A stretch of DNA of 64,000 bases from Tubulanus polymorphus (taxonomy: Eukaryota; Animalia; Nemertea). The notes beneath the pieces were generated by a model. That model was given only the letters and a program-made list of their open reading frames with translations, made no database searches and was not told where the DNA came from. The position numbers and the translations under genes are program-made. Below are positions 26,192 to 38,100 of this stretch, piece by piece (within the stretch, counting starts at the first letter, position 1; each line of letters starts with the position of its first letter). Location: assembly GCF_964204645.1 (NCBI RefSeq), contig NC_134028.1, positions 8,494,001 through 8,558,000 of the forward strand, in the 5' to 3' direction.

Positions 26192-29100
26192 ATGGCGGAT
26201 TTCTACGATATCCGTCTTGCTCGAATTATCGTACTTGGAATATCATTTATGTTGATGTTCACTGCATTTCAAACATGCTCTATGATCGAGGTATTTAAAG
26301 TTAATCTGTTCTATCCATATCACTTGAGATTTGTTGATGACAAGTGGTGGAATGGTGGTTTATGTGGCTAAAGCGTGCAGGCCGGTTTAGTAGTCTGAAT
26401 ACCAGTCGTTGCGACAGTTGTTTGGGGCACAGGGACTTGTCACATTTGATAGTGAATGAATAAAACCAGTATCAATGACCAACTCCAGTATCCCTGTATG
26501 ATAAAAAAAACTAATCATCAATCTGAAAATGACCTCTCCACATCAACCTCCTGTAATTCCGTAATACTAATGCAGACACACTTACCAACAAACTCCACGA
26601 ACTCCATTTGTTTGTAAAGATAACCCGGACATGACGATATCGGAGGTTCATCCGAAAAATTATCCACGTAACTGCATAGGTGTAAGTAATTAGAAAAGTG
26701 GGGTTTCAGATCAGAGGGCGAGAGGGCGAGACACCACTCATCACCACAAGTAATTTTTTTTTCCTACTCATCACCACAAGTAATTTTTTTTCCTTATAAA
26801 TGGGGGAGAATGAACACCAGCCAGAAAACAATAATGTCAATAAAAATCAATATTATTGCCAATATTGTAAAAAATACATCGATACATCTCATAAAACACG
26901 ACATGAAAAAACTGCAAATCATATAAAAAATGTAATAGATTTTGAAACTCCAGAAAATTCTAATGAAAGAAAAGAACGATTAGAAAATATGAATGTGGAT
27001 GAAATAAAATGTGAAGTTTGTAACGAATTTATAGTAAAAAGGAATTATAATAGACATCTCGAATCACAAAAACATTATAAAAATTTAAATAAAAATGTTT
27101 TAGGATTAGAATATTTTGATAATAAACCTCAACAAGTAAAAGAATCAACTTCAAAAACAAAATCTATTTCAAATAAACCTTACATGGAAAATGTTAGAAA
27201 TTATATTGATTCACTAGAAATAAAAGATACAATTGAAATCTTAGAAACATTACATAGTAAAATTGGTCCTGCAGCTATTATATTTAGATTTTTTAAAGGT
27301 ACAACAATAGAAGATTATAGTAAATTTAATGAAATAATAGAAAAAATACTAGATTTGATAACAGATGTTGAATATCCAAAAATTAGTATCTCTGGGAAAG
27401 TAAGTTTTATAAAGTCAGAAGAAAAAATGAATTATAATATTCAAACACTCTCTGAAGAAATAATTTCAAAAACACAAATAAAAGAGAAGTTAGAAAAAAT
27501 ATTAAATGAATTTAAACGTCATATTGAAGAAAGATATTTTGAGGGTTCTGGCTTAACATTGAATGAAATTATATATTTAGATTTAAATGTTTATAATACA
27601 AAAAGGAATAAAACATCAAAAAGTAATAAAATGTTTAAAAATGATTCAAACTTTACAACAGAAAAGGATATTAAAGCATCATCTTATATTAAATTACCAT
27701 TTATAACAAAAGCAGTAATAAATATTCAAAATGAAGATAATAAATGTTTTCTATGGTCAATTATTAGTTGCTTACATCCAACACAGGAAAATGTTTGTAG
27801 AATAACAGATTATCGGAAATATGAAACATTATATAAAATTGATCAATATCCAGTAACTATAAAAATGATTCCTAAAATAGAAAAAGTTAATAATTTAAAA
27901 ATAAATGTATTCGAATTAATGCAATTACCAAAAACAAAAGGTGAAAATATTAAAGATTATACATTGGAAGCTTTATATTTAACAGAATATTATGATGATG
28001 AAAATGCTATAGATTTGTTATATTATAAAAAAGATGAAAATGAACATTATATGTGGTTAAAACAAATTGATTTATTCTTTAGAACAACAGAAAGTGATCA
28101 TCATCGTAAAATTTATCTATGTAGAAAATGTTTGTCTAAATTTATGACTGAGAATACATTATTAAAACATAAAGAATTATGTGATAATAAAGATTTTTGT
28201 AAATTAATAATGCCAACAGAAAAAGATTATAAATTGAAATTTACTAATCATAAATTTAAAAATATTATTCCATTTGTAATTTATGGGGATTTTGAATCGT
28301 TGAATAAAGAATTAACTGATCAAGATAGAAAAGAAATATATAACAAAAAGCAATTATTAAAATCAATGGATAAAGGAAATGAATTAAATGAAGACACAAT
28401 ACAAGACCCGCCAATTATAAATACAATTAAAAAAGTTCATCAAAGAGCTGCTGCTTATGGAATTTACATCAAATCAAATTATCCCGAATTATATGAAAGT
28501 CAATATATTTCTTTTAGAGGTGAAAATGTAGTTAATGATTTTTGTGATAAAATGATTGAATTAGAAAGTGATTTTACAAAATTATTAAACAAAAATAAAT
28601 GAATAGTTATGACAAAAGAAGATGAAATTGATTTTAATTATGCAACTCATTGTTGTTATTGTGAAAAACGTTTTTATTCATTTGATAAAAGAGTTAGAGA
28701 TCATGATCATTTGAATTCAAAATATCGTGGAGCTGCTCATGAAGATTGCAATTTACAAGCTAAAAAAGTAAATTTCGTACCAATATTATTTCATAATTTA
28801 TCAGGATATGATACCCATCTATTTATAAAACAATTATCGGGAAAATTGGGAGCAATTAATCAAGAAATAGAAGAATATAATGCTATGAATGAAGCAAATG
28901 TAAGAAAATATGATTTTAAACTATTAGCTAAAACATCTGAAAATTATATTTCATTTCAATTTGGTTGCATTAGATTTTTAGATTCTTATAGATTTCTTGC
29001 AAGTTCATTAGATAATTTATCAAAAAGTTTAGTTGATAATGATTTTGTTATAACTCGATATTATTATCCAAATGAACAAGATTTTAAATTATTGAGATAT

Positions 29101-32100
29101 AAAGGTGCAATTCCTTATTCATTTTATAAAACACATGATGATTTTAATGTAACAGAATTATTAAAAGATCAATTTTATGATCAATTAAAAGAGGAGTATG
29201 TGAAAGACGAAGTTTTTAATAGAACATTAAATATTTGGAACCATTTTAATATGAAAAATCATGGTGAATTAGTTGATTTATATTTAAAATCAGATGTTAT
29301 GATATTGGCAGATATATTTGAAAAGTTTAGAGAAGTTAATCTAAACCATTTTAATGTTGACCCTTGTTATTGTTATTCAAGTCCTGGTTTAACCTGGCAA
29401 TGTGGTTTAAAATATACAAATGTAGAATTAGATTTATTAAAAGAACCAGATATGGTTTTATTATTTGAAAAATCAATTAGAGGTGGAATTAGTGGTGTTA
29501 TGGGAGATAGGTATTTTAAAGCAAATGATGAATATAAATTATTATATATTGACGCTAATAATTTATATGGTTGGGCAATGATGCAACCTCAACCATATAA
29601 AAATTTTATATTAACAGAAGTTGAAAATGATGATAAAACTGATTGGGAAAGCGCAATTACGAGTTTAAAAGATGAAGCGCCAATTGGTTATTTCTTCGTT
29701 GTAGATTTGGAATATCCCGAAAATATAAAGTTTAAAACAAGAAACTTGCCATATTGCCCAGAACATTTAACCGTAGATGATAGTTATTTAAGTGAATACC
29801 AGAAGAAAGTAAAACCGAAAGATCATGTTTTTACGGAAAAATTAATACTTACTCAAAATAATAAATACAATTATATTGTTCATTATAGAATGTTAAAATT
29901 TTATCTAAAACAAGGAATGAAATTAAAGAAAGTACATAGATATATTGAATTTAATCAATCGAAGTGGTTAGAAAAATATATAGATTTCAATACTCAACAG
30001 AGAACCATATCAAAAACAGATTTTGAAAAAGATTTCTTCAAATTAATGAATAATAGTTTTTATGGTAAAACATGTGAAAATATTAGAAATAGAAATGATA
30101 TTGAATTAGTAAATAATTCTGAAAGATTAAGACATTTACAATCAAGTCCTAGACATTTAGGAAATAAAAGATTTGAAGATTATTTAACAGCAGTTAAATT
30201 AAAAAGAACATCAATGAAATTTAATAAACCTATATTTATTGGTTCGACTGTTTTAGAAGTATCAAAATTATTAATGTATGATTTTTATTATAATGTTTTA
30301 CAACCACTTTTTGGAGAAAAACATATAGAAATATTATATTTTGATTCTGTAACAGCTGACACCCCAATATTATTAAAATACAATAACCAAATATTGGTAA
30401 GAAGAATTTCAGAAATAATTTCAAAACAAAATGAATGTTATATTTCATATGGTGAAAAAGAATTAATGCAAATAAATGGATTAATGGATGTTTGGACAAG
30501 AAATGGATGGAAAAAATTAAAGAATATTATTAGACATAAAACAAATAAGAAAATCTATAGAGTTAGAACTAAATTAGGATTTGTAGATGTAACAGAAGAC
30601 CATAGTTTAATTAAACGAAATGGTGATGAAATAAAACCAACTGATATAAAAATTGGAGATGAAATTATTACATAAAAGATTTTACCCAAGAATGAATCAT
30701 ATGTCATTTGATGAAATAATTGATAATATTTATAATATAGAACCTGAAACATTGGAAGAAAAAGAATATTTTATCAAAGGATTTTTCATGGGTGATGGTT
30801 CAGCAGGTGTGTATAAATATGTTAATCGCAATAAATATTGTTGGTATTTATGCAATCAAGATTTGAAATTATTAGAAAGAATAAAGAAATTTTGCGAAGA
30901 AGTTTATTCACATAAAACATTTAGAATCATGGACCATATGAAATCATCCGCGGTTTATAGAATATTTGTAAATAATCCTAAAGATTTTGCTACAAAATAT
31001 AATGATGAATTCTATATTCATGCAATAGTGAAAAGTAATACTTCAACTAAAGAAAAGATAGTTCCAGATTATGTATTAAATGCAAAAAATAATTTAAGAA
31101 AATGGTTCTTCATTGGATTCTATGCTGCAGATGGTTCAAAAAGTTTCAAAAACCACAAAACAATATCCTTTGCTCAAAAAGGAAAAGTTGCTATATCAGG
31201 ATTAAATATATTATGCAGTTCATTAGGATTTAATATGAATATAGAATTAATTAAATCTAAACCAAATTGTTTTAATTTAAGGCATGTAGAAAAAGAATTA
31301 ACAGAAGAAGTTAAAGATTTATTTGAAATATATAACCCAACTGACTATGTTTATGATTTATCAACAGATGACGGAACATTCAATTCTGGGTTCCCATTAA
31401 TCCAAAAAAATACTGACAGTTACATACTAAAAATCAAGACAAATGATATAACAAAAGACTTAAAAACATTAAAACATCATTTTGATTTTAGCAATTATCC
31501 CAAAGATCATGAACTATTTAGCAATGATAATAAAAAGATTCCTGGTAAATTTAAAGATGAATTAGGAGGTGATGAAATGATTGAATTTGTTGGGATAAGA
31601 AGTAAAATGTATTCATATAAAACTAAAGAACATGAAGCTAAAAAGTTAAAAGGAATAACAAAACATGTGGTTGATAAACATATAGAATTTCAAGATTATA
31701 TAAAGTGTTTATATAAATCAATTGTAATGAAACACAAAATGAATTGTTTAAGATCAGAAAATCATGAAATGTATATAAATGAAGTTGAAAAAACTAGTTT
31801 AAATCCATTTGATGATAAAAGGCATATTTTAGATGATGGTATAAAAACATTACCTTATGGCCATTAAAACATAAAATCAATATCATCAAACTCGAAATCA
31901 CTATTGGCTTCTTCATTTTCATTTAATTGTTCAGGTTCTTCTTCAATTCCATTTTTCTCATTTAAATAAATTTCTATCTTGTTCCACATTTCATCTCGCT
32001 CTCTTTGTTTCTTTTTGTTTGTTAATTCATCAAATGGAATTATAATATCTAGGTTTAAATAATTTACAATCTTATTTAAAAAGAATTCATAATTTATTGA

Positions 32101-35100
32101 ATCTGTTATTCTATTTTCCAAATGATACATTAATATTTGTTTAAATATTTTTTTTATATTTTCCATATCTTCTTCTGTTAATTTAGGTTTTTCATAATAA
32201 TCGTTAAATAATAAATATAAATACATTTTCTTTTGTTTTGTGTTAAATGTTGACGGAATAATTGTTTTTATAATATCTTTTTTAGTTATTTCACCATTTT
32301 TATTTTCTATTATTTTCATTTTTTCAAGCCATTGCATATATTCTGGTGTATGATCTTCTATAGAAAATATTTTAAAAATTTCATCTAGATAATTTAATTT
32401 TGGTTCTATGAGAAAATCTCTAGTTTTTTCTTCACCCCATAAATTCTTTTGCCATCCACATTCAACACAAAATAACACAGCACCTTCTTGTCTTAAGGTC
32501 GCATAACTACATTGTGGGCATTTTCGTTTATAATTTATTGGTAATAGATCTTCATTAAGCTCTTGGTATTTTCTTACGTTTTCTTTATGTTTTATTGTTC
32601 TATTATGTAGATTTGAATTACTTGTTGTAATAATCAATTTACAATATTTACAATAATATGTTTTTCTTGTTAATTCATTATATTGTTTTTCTAACTTTTC
32701 AACTGTTTCTTTATTATCTGGTAACGTTTTCTCATATTTTATTTTTTCTAATAAATTATTTTTTCTTTCATTGAATTCAGTTTCAAATTTATTAGAAATT
32801 TTATCTATATGTGCTTTACGAAATTGATGATTCTCCCAATCTTCTATATTTTCAGGGTTATATTTTATTCGACAAGGCTCACAGAAATGATCTTTTATAT
32901 TATCCTTATCATAGAATAAGAAAGGTCTTTTCCAAATAACTTCAGGTTCAACTTCGGCAGATTTACTATCAACATTAGCCGTTGCGCCATTAATTCTACA
33001 CTTCTCTGAATGTTTTTTAACATAATTTCTTGAGAATAATTTATTACATTTTGGACAGTTTATTTTAGGGGGTTTATAATTTTCATCATGTTTTTTCATA
33101 TGTCGAGCCTTATTACTTTTTCTTAGAAGTTCACCACAAATTTCGCATGCTATCTTCTCTTCCATTTATTAAGGAAAAATTTTATTAAAATTAATTTTTA
33201 GTGATGAGCGGTAATTTTTTTATGTTATAAATAATGGTAGAATTAAAAGAATACAGAATATTTGTAGATTCTAGAAGACTTACAAATTATAAATCTCATA
33301 ATTTATTAATACAATTAGATAGAGAATTTAAGAATTGCGTTGATTTAAAATTAGTAAATATTAGTTTATGTAATTCTTTTTACAATGTAACGGATAAAAG
33401 TCTTGAACATTTAATTTTTTCAATCTTTTATAAAAAAAGGAATAAATGGTTTTTTATATATTTAAAACCAGGATTATATAATTTAAATACATTAGCACAA
33501 GAAATTAATAGAAAAGCTCGAGCTAAATTAGGAAGTGATTCTGGATTTAATATTAGAATTTTAAAAAGTGCTAGTTCTAATAAAATAAAGATTAGGTTAG
33601 ACGAACAATTTAAATTTACAGTAAGAAAACCTTTAGGTAAACTGTTAGGAATTGCCCCAGATATTGTTACAGCATACGCAGAAGGTAAATCAAACTTAAT
33701 ACCTTTTACACACTTTTATATTTATTGTAATTTAATCGATCCTACAAAAACATTCGAAGCAACTAAAGATATAACTTGTAATTCTGGTTTACTAAACATT
33801 TTACCATTGAAGAATGTTAAAGAATTTGGAACGCAAATAAATTATAATTTAACGGAATGTGATTTCAAACCTTGTATTCCTCAATTTAATAATTTTAAAT
33901 TAGAAATAAGAAATCATAATGGATACTTAATTGATTTGAATAACTTTCCTGTAATTTATGAATTAGTTATAAGATGTAAAGAGTAATTTTTCACCTATAT
34001 AAATGAATATAACTGTTGGACCGAGTATATGTTTTGGTTTTGATTTTAAACGTGAGAAAGAAATGAAATTTAATATGAATGATGTAATTACACATATCAA
34101 AAATATTGCATTTTCTAATGAAACAACATTTGAGTATGAAACAACAATAGATAAAGAAACTTTTAATGTAGAAAAGATTACTAATTTAATTAGAGAATCT
34201 TTAAGATTTTATGAATTAGATGAAGATTTTATAATCGATGATATCAAAAAAATAATAATTGAAATATATACAAATGAAACTAGTAATAAAATAAATGTTG
34301 AATTAATCATCACTAATTTAACTAAATATTTTGATGATAGTAATTTTTTTGATTAATAAATGAGTGATAATAAGTGGATAATAACTGGATTATATAATGG
34401 AGCATTACTATCAGTTGGAACTGTTGGTTATTCAATGGTATTAAAAAAAGTATTCAAAATGGGAAGTGTTAATGTTGATAGATTTGATATAAATGATATT
34501 CTAAAATTAACATTAGCAGTTACTTTATCTAATTTAACAATTGATTATTTGGAAAAACAAAAATATATTCCCCCCATATAAATGTATAATTTTTTTGCTA
34601 AATAAATGGCTTCTGCAATTATAACTATTATAGGATCAGCAATCGTTAACGCTTTAGCATTTACTGGTGGTGGATATTTATTTAAACATATTGATAAAAA
34701 TAGTTCATTAGGAGAACAAAGAAGACATAACTTAGCGTTAGAGAAATATAATAAAGATGCAGAAGAATATAGAGAAAAGAGACAAAACTATATGGATTAC
34801 ATCAATAAAGAATTATATGATCAGAAGATTTCACATAGAGATTTTCAATCAGTCGATGATGCAATGAGTTTATATAACGCGGTAACAAATAAAGAAAAAT
34901 TACATCTTTACAAACCTAAATTATCAGATTATTATACCCCAAGTAAAGAACAACAGAAATATGAAATAATATGGATTTTAGGTGGAACAGTTATTGTTAT
35001 ATTTGTTGCTTATAAGTTTACTAATTAGTAATTTTTTTTCTAAATAAATGGAAGATAAAGTTGATAGTATTGATATTATTCCTCATGATATAAATAAAAC

Positions 35101-38100
35101 TAAATTAAAAACATATTTAAAAAAACAAATATTAGAATTTGAAAGTGACTTAAAGATAAAAAAGAAAAAATATTTAAAAAGTAAAATTATATATTATCTT
35201 ATTATTAGTGGTTCGGTTACAATTAGTTCTGTAATAACATTTCTAGCAATATTCAGTCCATTAACACCTTTAGCTATATCAATTGGTGTATTAGGATTAA
35301 GTTCAAGTGTTTTAACTGGTATAAGTTCAAAATTAAATATAAAAAGTAATAAAGAAAAAATAAAATCTAATATAAAAGAAATTAATAAATTAAAGAATAC
35401 ACTAGATTATATAATAAGTTTAAATGGTCATATAACAGTTGAAGAACAAGATAAATTATTAAAAGAATTAATAAATTATTAATTTTTTAATTATATAAAT
35501 GGTAGAAAGTTTTCCAAAAACTTTCCGATATAATAAATCAATTAAATATAATATTCCAGCAATAGATTTTAATAAAGATATTACATATAGAAATGAAGTT
35601 TTAAATTCATTAATTGATTTATATATTTATGTTACTGAAAGTAATAATTTTAATGCAAAGATGGAAAATATATTTCATGTATATTTAATTAATTTTAAAA
35701 AATTGAAAGATGAAAAACAATGGTTATTAAAATCTAATATGAAGTATTGGCAGAACCAATTAAATTTTGCTGTTTATTGTGCAACAACAGGATGTGGAAT
35801 AAGTTGGAATGATCATTTGAATAATTCTAAATATAAATTAATTCAAAGTTTATTTAGATTTCATACATACTTTCAAATCAGAATAATATTAAATGAATTA
35901 GAGTGCGCTTTACCAGGATCTAGATATTTTAAAGAATTAGATAATAATATTAATTTATCAAAGTTTTATAAAATTTGTAATGAATTTAATATAGATATAA
36001 ATAATTCTGATTTTAGAATAAAAATTGGAACAATAAGATCACTTCCATGCCCTAGAAAGATTGCAGAATATTGTGCACTTCCCATACCATCTAATAGCTT
36101 TTATAATATCTATAATAAAAAATTAGGTTATGGTAAAATAGAAACAAAGGATTTAGAAACATTAAATTTCAATAAATTACCGAAATTTTATGATAATTTA
36201 AAACAAGAAAACAATAATGGTTGGGTTTATTTTATTTTAGAAAATAGTGAAGGTTTTACTAAATCAGGTATAGAAAGAATAAATCAATCTATTAGAACTT
36301 ATTTGATTTGTATTCTAGGATCACAAGTTGAAACAAGATCACCGATAATTGGAAATTTGAATACATCATTCGATACACAAAAACAATTCAAAGTTTTATT
36401 TGAAGATTCAATTCATAATGATAAAAATAGATCGATTCCAGAAAACATTATAAGATATCAAAATTATTTAGATAAATCTCATGTAAGACTTAATTATTGT
36501 ATAGGCCCTAATCTATTAATTATTTCTAATGATTTAGTATTAAAGATGGGAAATATAATTGGTTATAATAATCTAATTAAAACAGCAACAATAAATAATT
36601 CATTTGGATTAAATGATATAAATAAAAAGATTATTACTGCTCCAAAATTAATGGAAGGTGAAAAAAATAAAAAACACATTCAATCAACAGAAACTAAAAC
36701 TAAGAATATTAAATTGGTTAATGATTCCAAAATAAAAGATTACAATACATCAGAAAATAATAGAACTAATAATATTCAACATGATATAATTAAACTAAAT
36801 GATGATAATAAATCACATGAAAATACTAAATTAGCTATAACTTGTATAGGAATTGTAATCGGAGGAATATTATATTTTAAATTTTAATTTTCTTTATTAT
36901 ATAAATGGAAGTAGAAGGTGTAGAAGATATTGGAATGGATCCTTTTGATAAACCTGGTATAACTGATGAACAACCACCTAATTTTGATGAAACAAGTTTT
37001 AATGATGGTAATGAAACAGCATATAATTCTAATTTAACTACACCCCAATTTATTGACAAAGCACGTTCAAAGATAAGTATTGAAAATGAAGTACCAGAAA
37101 TAACAGAAAAAGAATACAATTATAATGAATTTATTAATGATTTTAAACCTTTATTTGAAGAATCTGGTTATAATATAAATGAAAGAGGCGCTAGACTTTT
37201 AGTAAAAGATTTAAAATATTTAGATGGTGAATATTATTATTATTTGGATGGTGATAATTTAAATGGTGAATTTTATATTAATATCTCTTATAAAAATCAA
37301 AACAAAATATTAGCAGAATCAACTTTGATTAAGTTAGAACCAGATAGAATTAAGAGAATAAGTAATAGTAATGAAATAACTGTTGTTACACAAGAAGAAA
37401 TAGATCACTTTAAAAAATTATTTAAAAAAAGAATTAATGAGTTATTTAACAAAATCTATGATAATTTAGAACCAGAAATGGAAGAGAATAGAAATCGATT
37501 AGATAGATTGAGATCTTCAACACCCGAAACATCGAGAAGAGACACTCAACCAATTGATAATGATTCAAGTCAATTACAATTACAATTACAATTAGAAAAA
37601 CAAATTAATAGATTAAGTGATTCAGAAGAAGAAATGAATAGTACTGGAATAAATCGACTGCAATATTTACTAGAAAAAGGATTTCTTAATTTAACTGATG
37701 AAGAATTAGAAGCATTTCCTGAACAAATACGTAGAGAAATTAAAGGTATACAAGTATCAGCTGATGAAATTGCTAATATTAAGATGAGATTTTCTAAAAT
37801 AACCATGTTAGAAAAAGAATTAACTAATGCAGATGAAGAATTAAAACAATTAGAATTAAATAGAGATCTTAATGTAATTTATGAAGCTGATTATGAAAGC
37901 AGAAAGTTAGCTTTAGTAAAAGAAATAGATGATTTAGAATATAACATAAAATTACAAAAAGAAGAAAGAGATATATTATTAAAATCATATGATCTTAATC
38001 ATATTAAAAAATTAAAAGTTATTTTTAAAGATTTGTTGATTAAACCAGATTCTGAAATATCATTAAAAGACAGAATAAGATTATTATTTAAATTAGAAGG

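Noticed and set aside
30640-30680. Programmed ribosomal frameshift in the intein
   Set aside because: No X XXY YYZ slippery heptamer or downstream structure at the junction; a single-A insertion explains it.
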